A stretch of 64,000 nt of DNA from the human T2T-CHM13v2.0 reference genome, Homo sapiens, in NCBI RefSeq assembly GCF_009914755.1, contig NC_060940.1; one strand, written 5' to 3'. The notes under the pieces are model-generated. The model made no database searches. It saw only the letters and a program-made list of their open reading frames with translations, and was not told where the DNA came from. Below are positions 14,131-28,047 of the stretch, one piece after another. The translations under genes and the position numbers were made by a program. Within the stretch, counting starts at the first letter, position 1; each line of letters begins with the position of its first letter.

Positions 14131-15579
14131 TCACTTGTGCCTTTTGCATCGTGAGTGCTTAGTGAATTTATAATTATTTGATCAATAATGAATGTGCAAT
14201 GAATTTTATGAGCAAAGAACTGTCACCTCATATTTGGCAAAATTTTCTCTCACCTCAGACTTGGGCTATTTTAAGAAAAAAGAAACCTGAAACCTCTTGA
14301 GTTTTTAACTTTCAGTTGTACTTAAGAGATCAGAGTTGGTGTTCAGAGGCAGATCAGTCTTTACGTGGAGGTGCTAAGGTTGCAAATGACAAAATAATTA
14401 GGAAAGTGATTGTGTGTGCACATGAGTGTACTTGTGTACACATTTTGGAGATTTTATATTCAAACTGCAATGAAAAAAATATGAATACCTGGGTAGCTGC
14501 CATTTTGCTATGGAGGTCCAAGGTCACATATTTAATAGTTCTAAATTTATACCCCTGGGAAGGAAGTATATGCTCACTGTACCCTTTAATAAAGGCACAG
14601 AAATGTACCGTGCAGTCTGCATGAAAGCATGAGTGAGTGCTATTCATTTTAAGAAGCACTCAAGCACTGTGAAAATTAGCAGTGGAACATGGTTCCAAAT
14701 GAAAGTGACACCATGAGCCTAATGAGAAATTGAATACCATCTATTTATCTCCTCTAGCCCAAGATCTTTCTCTTCTGTCATTTGAATGTTTCTGAAACGC
14801 CTTTTCTTCCTGGGCTGAGAAGTGCCTCATGCCTTCTTCCCCTGCCTCTCTGGAAATGAGAGTCCTTGTGCTGTTTTCCTTTCTACGCTCATGAAGAGTC
14901 CTGCTAGGTGCATGGAAACTTTGCTTTCTGTTTACATGTGCTTCTCTGTCTTGCTAACTCGTTGTCCTAAGTTTTAGGTGTGATAGCTGTAGTGGTTTTC
15001 ATGAAGCCAAATCGTAAAGGTCTGAGAAATACACACTGTGTGTTGCTTGGCTTGTCTTAGAGCAAACCAAAATTTGGAAAATTGTCTGGGAAGGGTAAGA
15101 TCACTTAGCTGTGAAGCCTCTGCTTTTAGGAACTGGAGAAGTGATTTGAGGGTGAAAATAGGGTAAGCGTATTTACTCTTTAGCTCCTTAAGGAATGCTT
15201 CTTCACCTTCTTCAACTCACTGAGTTTGTGTTTGAAAAATATTCCAAAGCCTTTGCTTAAAAATAATGTATTATATAATATCCTTCGATTAAGTTTCCAA
15301 CGTGTAGATTCTTGTTAGCACTTAGTGGTGCAACTTTTATAAAGAAACCTGGTATTTTTTTAATTAACTGATGAAAATGGATGTAAGTAAGGGGTGGACA
15401 TTCCCATGTCAATGAATCTTGATGGTGGCCTCCGGTCACTCATGGAAAAATGTATTTTTGATTACTTGTGTGCCAGCAACGTTGCTAGGCTTTGGATGCA
15501 TGGAAGCGAATAAGAAATATGAAAGTCCTACCTACATAGAGCTTATATTCTAATGGAAAACAGAAACTAATTCTTTTGC

Positions 15580-16022
15580 CTTAGTTACCTATTGCTATGT
15601 AATTACCACCTCATAGTTGCTGTGGACTGAGAGTCCGAAAGCATGTTTGCTGAGTAGTTTTGGCAGGTGTTGGCAGGAGCTAAAATAGTGTCAAGGCTCT
15701 CTTTGAGGGGGACCTTCACTGAGCTCTCTCACCTGGCTGTTAGCAGGCTGGAAGTTTGCTGCCCACAGATTTACCTCTGGAAAGGTGTCTTGGGACAAAG
15801 TACATAGCTCCTCCAGAATAAGCAATTCAAGAGAGAATGAAAGAGGGGACACCCAAGACAGAGAATCCAGTCGCTTTTATTGCTGATTTAGGAGGTGACA
15901 TTCCATTTCTCATGCTGCATTCTTTTCATCCCTATAATTAATTAATCTAGCCTGCCCCGAAGGGGAGGGAGTTACACAGGAACAGGGATCACTGGGGACC
16001 ATGTTACAGGCTTTATACCACA
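15580..16022 (-). mobile_element. MaLR LTR (MLT1F-like)
   Basis: ttagttacctattgct start; gggatcactggggaccatgttacaggctttataccaca end. Confidence 0.65.
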
Positions 16023-16139
16023 TTTATTAAATGCCTACGCTGGGGAGCACTGAGAAAAGCATAAAATAGCAGTGATGCGTATAATAGGCAATGACACTTA
16101 TTGGGGGCTTCATATTGTATCAGCTGTGTACCAAGGGTA

Positions 16140-16300
16140 AGGATAATGAAAGCTCACATATATGGAGTAACCATTGTGCCAGGCACTGTACTAAGTGGCC
16201 ATGTGCCCTTTCTCATTTGGTTTTCATAACAGCCCTTTCTCAGTGGGTACCGATCAGTACCCATTTTACAGATAAGGAAACTGAGGCACAGACAACAATG
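16140..16300 (-). mobile_element. MIR
   Basis: gtgccaggcactgtactaagt...cccattttacagataaggaaactgaggcacaga MIR core. Confidence 0.8.
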
Positions 16301-16919
16301 GCTTCTGAAATTCTCTTCTCCGTGTCATGCACTGCATTTTTCTCCCGTTCACCAGTTGCATCTTAGGTCTCAGTTCATTTTCACCACCTTCCTGAATATA
16401 TAGAGAGAAAGCCCATGCAGTAAACCAATCAAATCCTGGCTATCCGAGCTGCTCTATCTGCCTCTGAAAGCCTAGGAGTAAAGGAAAATTGTCCTCATGA
16501 GCAGTTCATGAGGTGTCATTCAAAGCACTTTTGAGGCAAAGTATTATGTTTCACAGCCATGGTTCCCAGTAGGGACAGCAATACTGCAGTGAAATGCACC
16601 AACATCTCTGCCCATCCCAAACTCTCCTCTCAAACCAGTTTATTGAAATGAGGCCTCACTTCACAAGTAAATAAGTAGTCAAGCTCTGGATTTGTCTCTG
16701 CTCCAGCTTACTGTATATTTCCACTAAATGAGTCCATTAAAGCTTAAACTAAACCTTTTGGAAAAGAAAAACAAAGCCCACAGCAGCTGTCCAGGGCTGC
16801 GGGAGTTAGAAAATGCAATTCATGTGACTTGGTGGAATGCCAGTGAAGCTACCATTAGATTATTCTGTTTACTGTTAAGGTACGTGGAGACAGACAGGCT
16901 CTGGAGATGTCCGACCTGC

Positions 16920-17430
16920 ATTTGGATGACAGGTATTGACCACCTCCTTGATGCCAGGCATGGTGCTATGCAGAGGCATATAACAGCACACACAGGACAC
17001 AGACCATCCCCTCAAGGGTTTTGCAGTCTCGTGGGAGTCATCAACACAAGATTTAAATAATGTGTCATGTGTGCTAGGGAGAGGAAGTTTGGGGTTCTTT
17101 GGGAGGATATAACCTTCAGAAGAATCAGGTAGGGAAAGTCCATAGAGAAGGGTTTGTTTCCTCTGAGATACGTAGGCCAAGAAAGAGTTAGGGAAGTGAA
17201 GACAAGAGGGGACAGTTTTGTCAAACATCAGCTATAAATACTCAAAAGCAGCTAAAATAATGATATATCTGCAAAACTGGAAGCAGTTCAGTAGGGTTGA
17301 AGAAAAGATAGTAAAGTGAGGGCTGGAATGGGAGGGCAGAGAGGTGGCAGGTTGGAAGACTAGCTAAGCATTTTGGGCTTTGTAACAAGGGCATTGACAC
17401 ATGTTAAACTCGGGAAAAACTGATCGTTTT
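16920..17430 (-). mobile_element. L2 remnant
   Basis: tattgaccacctccttgatgccaggcatggtgct...ttttgggctttgt, degenerate L2. Confidence 0.55.
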
Positions 17431-17559
17431 ATTGTACGAACAGCCTAGCTTATAAAGTTATTTAATTAGAAAATTTTCAGAATACTTTTGATTCGGTGGT
17501 AATGTGTCAACAACCCTAAAATATTATGTGTTTTTCTGTAAAGTATGTGGATGTGAAGG

Positions 17560-17797
17560 GAAGCAACATGGGGCATGATTATTAAGAGTACAGCTTCTGG
17601 AATCAGAGATCATGTAAGTTGGAATTCTAGCTTATCCAATTACTTAATGTGTGAGTTTAGGAAAATATCTATTAACTTACCACCAATTACTTAATGTGTG
17701 AGTGTAGGAAAATCTATTAACTTACCACAATCTATAGTACCTCATCTGAAAAATGGGAATAATTAATTAATACTGAGCTCATAGAGCTTTTGGAAGA
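17560..17797 (+). mobile_element. MIR with internal 47/45-bp tandem duplication (17636-17727)
   Basis: attaagagtacagcttctggaatcaga...cctcatctgaaaaatgggaataat. The unit ccaattacttaatgtgtgag.taggaaaat..ctattaacttacca occurs twice. Confidence 0.75.
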
Positions 17798-18929
17798 ATC
17801 AGGTTAGGTTTTTACGCTGCATAGCACATTACCACCTGCAGAAGCTTAACACAACACTCTTTTGTTATCTAACAGTTTCTGTGTATCAGAAATTTGAGCA
17901 TGGCTTAGCTGGGTTCTCTGCTTAAAATCTAATAGACTGCAGTCAGGGTATCAGCCAGGACTGGGTTCTCATTAGAGACTCATCTCGAACAGGATCTGCT
18001 TTCAAGCTCCCTCAGGTTGCTGGCAGGATTCATTTTGTTGTAGCTGCAGGATTCATGGCTGCTTGCTTCTGCACATCCAGAAATGGGTGGAGAGAGAGAC
18101 AGAGACAGAGAGGGAGAGAGATCCAGCAAGAGAGTTGCTATAATCTTATGCAATCACTTAGGTTGATTTCCTCTCTTTGCAATTGTGAATTGTGCTGCAT
18201 TAAGCATGCACATGCAGGTGTGTTTTTTTATACAGTGACTTGTATTCCTTTGGGTAGATATCCAGTAGTGGGATTAACTGGATCAAATGGTAGATCTATT
18301 TTTAGCTCTTTGAGAAATGTGCATACTGTTGCATACTGTTTGCCATAGAGGTTGTGCTAATTTACATTCCCACCAGCAGCATATAAGAGTCCCCATTTCA
18401 CCACATCCATGCTAACATCTATTGTTGTTTCACTTTTTAACAGTGGTCATTCTGGCTGGGTAAGGTGGTAGCTCATTATGGTTTTAATTTGCATTTCCCT
18501 GATGATTAGTGATAAGCATTTTTTTCATGTTTCTTGGCCATTTGTTGGCTATTCTCATCTTCTGAGAAATGCCTGTTCAAGTCAGAGACTCAGAAGGAGG
18601 GAGGCAAGGAGGAGGGTAAAGGATGGAAAATTACCTATCGGGTACAAGGTATGCAATTCAGTTGACAGGTACATTCAAAGCCAAGCCTTCCCCACTATAC
18701 AATTCATCCATGTAAGCAAAAGCCACCTGTGCCCCCAAAGCTACTGAAATTAAAATAAACCTTATATAATCACATACATGTAATCACACTTATCTTATCA
18801 CCTCTGTCATATTCCATTGGTTAGAAACAAGTTGTGGGTCCTGCTCACATTCAAGGAGGGATTAGTAAAGGCGTGAATGTTAGGATGTGGGGATCATGGT
18901 GAGAAGAATCCTCAAGGATGCACACCACA
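17798..18929 (-). mobile_element. MaLR LTR (MLT1E-like) split by an L1PB insertion
   Basis: cagtttctgtgtatcagaaatttgagcatggcttagctggg...; resumes after 18773 with tattccattggttagaaacaag...ggatcatgg...ccaca. Confidence 0.7.
18158..18757 (+). mobile_element. L1PB (PB3/PB4-like) with 5' inversion
   Basis: 18158-18583 is antisense L1 ORF2-end sequence and 18584-18757 is a sense L1PB 3' terminus. TSD aatcttatgcaatcac (18142-18157) / aaccttatataatcac (18758-18773). Confidence 0.85.
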
Positions 18930-19646
18930 AGAATTTGGTAAAATTGTACACATAAGGACAGAATAGAAGCATTTAGCCTTGTGAAGAATTACCAGGGCAC
19001 CGAAAGAGAGAATGGAAGCATATACCAAATAGAGCACATAGAGAACTTGCTCAGATCTCTTAACTGTTGTTGTTCTGGTTATGATATGATTTTTAGGAAC
19101 ATGTGGCAGAGTGTTTCTGTGAGTTTGGTAGCAAATACATATTGGATGTACTTGCTTAGTCAGTTCTGTGGGCCAGAGGACACTCATGGGGAGAGATCAA
19201 GGTTACTTTTTGCAGGTGGGGCATTTTGTAACTGAATAAAACCCAGTCAGTAAAAGTAAGCAACATGCGGAATCTAGGCAAGTGTTGCAATGTATGTGTG
19301 CTCTTGATCTGAGGAAGACCATGCATTTGACTCAGACTAGAAACCTACACCACAGAAATCCCACCCACAAGCAATGCTCTATTACTGTAGGTACAAGGCA
19401 GTAATTTTTTTGTGTCCATTCACATATGCATGTGTGTTTGTGTGTACATAATTGACCAACTATCCTCAGGTTTCCCTATGGTGAATGATTTATTGAGTCA
19501 TCAGACTTGTGGAACACCTACTCTGTGGTGGCCATGATGCCAGCCTCTAGAGATAAAAAGTACAATAAACGAGCTATCTTAAGGAAACTCAAATTACTGT
19601 GGCAGACAGAACTAGTAAACTGACCACTGACAATTCAAAAATCCAT

Positions 19647-20980
19647 GGGGGGAGTTCCATTTCGAGTTAGATGGGATATATTTAGGGCAATTCCCATCCT
19701 GTTTCACTTAGATATGTTTCACTACATATCAAAGTAAACTTCAGAGGAAAAACAACAACAAAAAACCACCCAGACATACAGGAGGACATTATATAAGGAT
19801 AAGAGGGCCAAGTCACCAAAAAGACAAAACAATCCTAAACAATCATGATTATTTATGCACAAACTATGGGACTTTTAAAATAAAGCCAAAACTGATAGAA
19901 CTGAAAAGAGAAATGGAGAGTCTACAAACATAAGTGAAGTCTGTCTCACTATTTGATAAAATTAATATTGAGAAAATTAACGAGGCTGTAGAAGTACTGA
20001 ACAACACCATCAGCCAACAAAACATAGTTAAAATGTGTAATCAACACCATCCAACAACAGCAGGATGTCTGTTCTGTTCAAGTCCACATGAGATATTTAC
20101 CAAGATAAACCATATTCTGTATTATAAAAAACTTAACAAATTTAAAATAATTGAAATCATACAGTTGCTTTCCTCTGACAAAATTGAGTTAAGCTAGAAA
20201 TCAGTAACATAAACTGGAAAAAATCTAAAAGCACTTGGAAATTAAACCGCAAAGTCTAAATCACCCACAGTTCAAAGAGGAAGTCTCAAGGGGAATTATA
20301 GAACTTAAATGAAAATACATTTTACAAAATATATGGTGGGAAGCGAAAGCAGTGCTTAGAGAGAAATACATAATGCTAAGTGCTTCTATTAGAGAATAAG
20401 AACGTTCTCAAATCAACAATGTAAGTGCATATCATAAGAGACTATTAAAAAAAGCAAATCAAAAACTAATACATGCAAAGAGAAAGAAGGGAATACTAAA
20501 TGTAAGATTAAAAAAATGAATTTGAAAATCAAAAAGCAATCAAACCTAAATCTGGCTCTTTCAAAGCATAGAAGTGATGAATCTATTCTAGCAAGACTGA
20601 CAAAAAGCAGAGATGACAAAAATTACAAACATCACATAAATTAAAAAGATTATAAGGAAATAATCAAATAATCTATGCACATGTAGTCAGCAACTTACAT
20701 GAAATAGACTAATTCCTTGACAACCATTACCAAAACTTATTCAAAACAAACAGGATAAGCTAAATGGTTCAATAGACTTATTTAAAATATCCTGCCAAAA
20801 TAAAAATTTTCAGACACAAATGGTTTCATTGGCTATTCCACCAAACATTTAATGTTGGGAAAAAAAAAAAAAAACTATACACAGTCTCTTACAGAAAATA
20901 GAAGTGGAAGATATACTTCTCAACTCAATTTATGAGTCTAACATTAATCTGATACGAAAACCAGGCTATATATAATATTT

Positions 20981-21029
<49 letters not shown>

Positions 21030-23400
21030 ACACACACACACACACATACGTAAACATATATCATGGAACACATATAATATAGAAAAATAATAACATAGCA
21101 TGACCACATAGTGTTAGTCCCAGGAGTCCAAGGCTGGTTTCATATTGAAAAAAATCAATGTTATGTACCATATTAACACAATAAAGAAGAAAACTAACAC
21201 ATGAACCTGTAAAATAGTCCTGAACAGTATTGGAAAACAAAAGCTAATCTACATTGATGATAAAAACTCTCAACTAACTAGAAATAGAAGGCACCTTCTG
21301 CAACCTGGTAGAGGATGTCAACAAACAACCCCACAGCTAATATCATACTTATTGGTGAAAAAGTGACTGCTATCTCCATTAGAGCAGGAACAAGGGAGGA
21401 GCTCCACTCTCACCAAACTTATGCCACATAGTACTGGAAATCTTACTCACTACAATAAGGAAGAAAAAGAATTATAGAGCATATCGGTTGGAAATTAATA
21501 TATAAGGGCATCTTTAATCACAGATAATAGAATTGTCTATTTATAAAATCCCAAGGAACTCTAAAACCTCTTAGGTGAAAACATAAATATCAATCATATA
21601 TCTATATACTAGGAAAGAACATTTGGAAGTCAAAACTTAAAAACAAACCATTTACAATAGCTCCAAAAAATGCAATAGTTAGCTATAAATATAACAAACA
21701 TATAAGAGATCTTTATGCTGAAAACTATAAAGTATTTGTGAAATTAAAAAAGCAAATCTAAATATATACATAGATTCAAAGACTCATTGTAGTAAAAGTA
21801 TTAATTCTGTACAAATTGGTGTATAAGTTTAACACAATACAAATCAAAATTCTAGCAGGTATTTTTGTAGCTATAAACGTGAAGATTCTAAAAATTACAA
21901 GGAAAAACAAAAACTAGAATATCCAAAATAAAGAAGAATAAAATTAGGTGAATATATCTAATTTATTTTATATAAGCCTATAGAAGTAAAGATAGTGCAA
22001 ACCAGTAAAGGAGAAGACACATTAATCAACTGGACAAAATAGAGACTCCAGAAATAGACCCACAAAATATACTTAATTAAATCTTAGAAAAGGTACAAAA
22101 TCAAAGGAAAAATGATTTTGTTTTCAACAACTGGTTTGGAATAATTGCAAACACATTTGCCAAATCATATGCTTTACAAAAAAATTAACTCAAAATGGAT
22201 CATAGATCTAAATATAAAACGTAGAACTGTAAAGTTTTAGAAGAACACATGGATAAAATATTCACGTCCAAAGGAGTTAAAATAAGAATTTTTGGCCATG
22301 ACACCAAATGCACAATCTCACCTCCCCAAAAAGGTTTAATTTGACTTAACAAAATTGTTAATAAATTATATGTGAAGGTCTCTATTAAAAGAAAGAAAAT
22401 ACAAGAATCTGTAAAGAAATATTTGTAAACCACTCTTGACAAATGTTCAGTATCTAGAATATATTTTGAACTCTCAAAACATAAAAGTAAGAAAGCAAAC
22501 AAACTATCTTAATAATGGGAAAAAGACTTGAATAGTCACTTCACTTAGAGTATATTCATACTCCTTTCTTATTGGGTCCTGAGTGTGGGGAAAAGAAGAG
22601 AAGAGGATATTCATCAGGCAAAAACCTAAAAAAGAAACAAAAAACCGTGAAAAGGTATTTAACATCATTAGCTATTCAGCAAGTGCAAATGAAAACTAGG
22701 ATGGAATACCATTAAACACCTAGTAGAGGCATAAGATAAAAAAAATTGACAAGACTTAGTGCTGTGGAGGATTCAGAGAAACTGGATTTCTCCTGTACTG
22801 CTGGTAGGAACATAGAACAATGCAGACATTCTTAAAACATTTTGACAGTCCGTTACAAAGTTAAGTATATGCTCATCATAGAGCCTAGCAATCCTACTCC
22901 TGGGTTCCTTACCCAAAGATATTGTATATTTATAAAAAACATGTACATGTCTGTGTATAGCAACTCTACGATAGCCCCCTAGAAACAAGCCATATGTCTT
23001 CAAATAGATGAATTTGAAGCATTACATGTACACGTGGAATACTACTGAACAATAAAAAGGAGCAACTATTGATATATGTGACAACTTGGATCTATTTCAA
23101 AAGCATTATGCTAAGAGAAGGAAGCCAGTCTCAAACGATGACATAGTGTATAAATCCATTCCTATGACATCTGCAAGAAAGAAAGCTGTAGGTTTGGGGA
23201 GAAAAGATCAGGGGCTGCCAGGGATTAGGGGTTGGGGGGAGGGTAGTTGCAAATGAATAGCACAAGAGAGTTTTTGGGGTGATGGAACTCTTCTGCTTCC
23301 TAATTGCACAGCCGTTATAAGAATCTGTAAATTATGTTAACATTTATGAAATTGTACATCCAAACTTTCAAATTTATGGTATATTAATTCCAAATAAATG
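19647..23400 (+). mobile_element. L1ME-like LINE-1 (degenerate ORF2 plus 3'UTR)
   Basis: ORF 19934-20197 (LNNTISQQ..HPTTA..F.SS.H..F.KI.HIL..K.LNKFK.IEII) resembles the L1 ORF2 endonuclease C-terminal part. A-rich ORF2 relics and an L1ME-type 3' end follow, with (TA)n(CA)n at about 20965-21050. Confidence 0.88.
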
Positions 23401-23540
23401 CAAGCCCATAGATTATATGAGGATAAAGTCTCTGCATATTTTTGTTGTTGTATCTCCAGCCCATAGCATCATTCCTGGCAAACATTACACATTTAAAAAT
23501 ATCTGTGGATCGAATAAATGAAAAAGTGTAGAATTACCAT

Positions 23541-23849
23541 TGTTATTATTATTTATTTATTATTTTTTGAGACAGTGGCTTCCTCTCTTGCCCAGGCTGG
23601 AGTACAGTGGTGCCAATACAGCTCACTGTAACCTTGACCTCCTGGGCTCAGGTGATCCTCCTGCCTTAGCTTCCTGAGTAGCTGAGACTACAGGTGCACC
23701 TCAACATAATTGGCTAATTCTTTTAATTTTAGTAGAGATGGGGTTTTGACATATTGTCCAGGTTGGTCTCAAATTCCTGGCCTCAAGCAATCCTCCTGCC
23801 TCAACTTCTCAGAGTGCTGGGACTGGAGGAGTGAGCCACCCCACCTGGC
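23541..23849 (-). mobile_element. AluJ
   Basis: Antisense Alu with (TTA)n tail and J-type cagctcactgtaaccttgacctcctgggctca. Confidence 0.92.
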
Positions 23850-24336
23850 AAAAATTATCTTTTAAAAGCCATATGTTAGGAGCTAGTTTAGGGGAAATAT
23901 GGTGACTACTTGGACATATATATTTATATTGTATGATGATACTTTACAGCTATAGATTACTAATAATTTATAAAGTACATTGTTTTATATTTAGAATTTG
24001 CAATATAAGAAGAAGGGTTTTGCACGAGGGTGGGGCTGTGGTCATTTGATCCAGTTTCTGTTTTAAGAACATGCCACAGTCTGCAGTGGAGAAGAGAAAG
24101 GAGAGAGGGAAAGTGGAATCTCTAAGTTGTATTAATGCTACATCAGTGACTATTCTTCTACATAGGTCTTTGTGCATATGATGTCTATTTAATTCTAAAA
24201 ATGGAATTACTAGGTCAAAGGTTATGTATATTTAGAAATATTACACATATATTACATGACCCTCCCAAATGCCCAGTGTTTTATACTTTTACCAAGTCTC
24301 AGGAGAGTTTTCAACGAACTTGTACATAAAATAAAA

Positions 24337-24612
24337 GCTGGTGGCATGGTGGCTCACATCTGTAATGACAGCACTTCGGGAGGCCAAGGCAGGAGGACTG
24401 CTTGATCTCAGGAGTTGAAGACTAGCCTGGGCAAAAATATTTTTTAAAAAATTGCCAGGTGTAGTGGTGTGTGCCTTTGGTTCTAGCTACTCAGGAGACT
24501 GAGGTGGGAGGATCCCTTGAGTTCAGGAGGTTGAGGCTGCAGTAAGCCAAGATCACAGCACTGCACGCTAGCCCAGGTGACAGAATGAAACTCTGTCATA
24601 AATAAATAGATA
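24337..24612 (+). mobile_element. AluJ with short internal deletion
   Basis: Dimeric Alu; TSD-like ataaaagctg / ataaagctg. Confidence 0.9.
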
Positions 24613-24667
24613 AAGCTGATACAGTATCTGTAATTTGAAATATGTACTGTACACTTCTGAACCAACC

Positions 24668-24775
24668 ATCCTCCCTCCCTTCCTCGCTCCCCCTCCCCTC
24701 CCCTCCCCTCCCCTCCTTCCTTCCCTCTCTCCCTCCCTCCCTCCCTCCCTCCCTTCCTTCCTTCCTTCCTTCCTG
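24668..24775. repeat. Polypyrimidine (CCCT/CCTT)n tract
   Basis: Direct reading. Confidence 0.9.
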
Positions 24776-25344
24776 TAATAAGTTGTGAGTTTTCTCATAA
24801 TGTCTTCACCAATAGGGCAACACATGATAGCCCTCATTTCACATTCTACCTAAAAACGTGAACCTCACAATACTCGAAAATCTCCCCACATACACAAAAA
24901 GACTCTATATCACATACGGAAAAGGTAGCTGGCTTTAGTTCAGTGATTTTTCAATGAGGAATGCTGCACTTCCAATGAAAACAGACAGCCAGTGTAGAGA
25001 CAGTCCGTATCCTGTTTCTACTGTATGACTCTGATTCATAAATTACTAAAGTGTATTCCTGAGAAATAAATATTTCACCAGCCAGTGACAGCGTTATGAG
25101 CTAATTAAAATCTGAGCCCTGGAAGAAGTGGTGCCATTAGCTCAATTCACAGGACTGGAAAGTATGTGTCTGCTCACGGACTGAGAGGTAGACATTTACA
25201 TATGGGAAGGAGGGGGCCGGCTTATTAAGAGCAACATTGAGGTTTGGATGAAGAGAGCACTCTGTCAAAGCTGAGATATTTAAAGAAAAGCCAAAATGAC
25301 AATATGAGAGGTTTCTTTTGCCCTTGGGAAGAAAGAGGTAACAC

Positions 25345-25570
25345 TGCATGGTGGTGTTAAGTGTAAGGGCTTGGGGGACGGGCCACACTGTCTTGAGTTC
25401 AGATCCCAGATCTGCCATTTAGCAGAGATAGAACTTTGGGGTTGTCGTTCAGCCTTTCTAACCTGCAGCATCCTCATTTGTGCAGTGGGCATAGAAATCC
25501 ACATAGTGGCAAGGGTATAAAATCAGATACTACTTTTAGATCCTCAGCAGAGTGCCAGGCAAATCAATAG
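25345..25570 (+). mobile_element. MIR
   Basis: catggtggtgttaag...gagttcagatcccagatctgccattta...cctcatttgtgcagtggg. Confidence 0.65.
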
Positions 25571-25729
25571 ATGGTTGATACCTTGTCACTAGCGTCAACT
25601 CTTGTATCCACAAGAAGTCATGTTTAAACGTCCAGTTTTCTGTTAAAAATTTCAAACGTGTCGGATGCTAAGCAGTTTTCTAGTTTGAAGTTTGTTCCCT
25701 CAGAAAATATGGTTAACACACATTTTTTG

Positions 25730-25884
25730 ATAACTTATGATGTGCCAAGTCATGGATGGTTCTAAGCATTTTACGGTCAACATCTCATTTCATCATCGCA
25801 ATAATATAGAAGATGGATATCGTTAACTCTACAGAGGAAGCTGAGGAACAGCAGCAATGAGTTATTTGCTCTAAAATTTAACAC
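25730..25884 (-). mobile_element. MIR
   Basis: tatgatgtgccaag...ttctaagcatttta...acagaggaagctgagg. Confidence 0.6.
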
Positions 25885-25983
25885 TTTTTTTTTTTAGACA
25901 GATGCCTAAACTCCCTTTGTTTCACACAACTATGCAAATTGTGAGGCCAAGGATATGACTGCAAACGATTAAGGTTTAATTTA

Positions 25984-26358
<375 letters not shown>

Positions 26359-26413
26359 CTAACCCACACAAAATCCCCACCCTGTCTGGCACAGATACAC
26401 TTAACATGCAATA

Positions 26414-26850
26414 TTAAGTACAATTTCCATTTTATTTTTCTCCAGAGTATCGTGTGTCTTCAGTCTTGAAGGACTCAGCTCCTTACATGGGCTTTGGTGG
26501 GGGTCATGGGGCAGCACCCGCAGGTCTAAATCGAGGTGGGGGTTTTTGGTCCCTGTGGGGTTCACAAGATCAATTCCTGACTACTTTACTGTGAACTGTG
26601 CAGCTCACACAGTAACGTGGCTTCACATACAGCTTGGGAAGCACAAAGGCATCGAAGACGCTTGCTTCAGAAACATCCCTGACTGCTGTGGCCTCTACTA
26701 TGTTTTGAATACAAATTTCTTAATGGCCTTGTCTTTGGGCACGCGCTGGGCACAGTTCGTGCAGCAAATAGGCTGCATGTGGCTGCAGCCCTTTTTGGCA
26801 TGACTGTTGTTCTTCCTTTTCTTAGTCATCTTGGAGGCAAGGACCGGAGA
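26414..26850 (-). pseudogene. RPS26: Processed pseudogene of ribosomal protein S26 (RPS26/eS26); specific RPS26P number not determinable
   Basis: Minus strand ATG at 26829 reads [39 protein letters not shown], then a 1-nt deletion near 26711, then [73 protein letters not shown] (stop 26483-26485). It is intronless, has a short 5'UTR to 26850 and AATAAA at 26431-26436, and carries two CGA>TGA stops (26570-26572, 26504-26506). Confidence 0.97.
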
Positions 26851-26896
26851 TCCTAAGTTGTTCTTTTAAATATATATGTATATATATATAATATTC

Positions 26897-27218
<322 letters not shown>

Positions 27219-28047
27219 TTATTGCAGACCTAAGAGAAAATCTGGTTGGTCCTTCCTAGACCCCTTTTGTTTAAACAGCTATGACTGAGGGGAGCACTTC
27301 ATGTGGTCATAAATGGTGGCTGGTGTTCTACCCCTGACTGTGATTATAATTTCAGAGAAAGAAAAGTCTCTGTGAACTAGCCACAAATGCCTCCGAAAGC
27401 ATAAAATCGTTATTCAGCATTCTCCATACTTTCCTGTATCCATGGTGTTGTCAGCAATATGTAATATTATCCATAGTACTTATGATACTGTGTTTGCTTG
27501 GTCTCAAGAGAGAAGGTTAAAAGTAACAATCTCAGGTCTGGTTATAAGCATTTTGTAAATAATAACTTATTTGATACTTATTATCACCCTATGCACTTAG
27601 CCACTATTATCCCCATCTTATATATACTGTTATGTCAAGGTAGGGAGAAATAAATATGTTAAGAAATAAATAGAGCAGTTTTTGATGACAGGGATTTACT
27701 TACAGGTCTTTTGGTATATGGTGTGTACTGTATGTGTATGCACGAGCGTGCATGTGTGTGGGGAATGTGTACATTCTGTATCATGGTGTGAATAAGTTGA
27801 GAGTGAGAGTCGGGAGTAAGGGAGATGACAATTGTGTGGTGATGATTTCAAGTTAAGAGTATAAATGTGGAATGAATGAGTTTCTTTCAGAGGACTTTGG
27901 GTTGTATATGCTTCAAAACGAGCTTTTATCTTCTGCATTCTTCCTCATAGCCCCGTGGAGGCAGGCTGAAGCCTTGGCACATCTTGGTAGGATGACCTGA
28001 CTGAGAGCAAAGGTCGTTTGCAAGCATATAAGGACTTTATTAAGCAG

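Noticed and set aside
19934-20197. ORF resembling an endonuclease
   Set aside because: Decayed L1 ORF2 fragment; surrounding frames are disrupted.
26546-26803. 85-aa plus-strand ORF
   Set aside because: Antisense frame of the RPS26 pseudogene.
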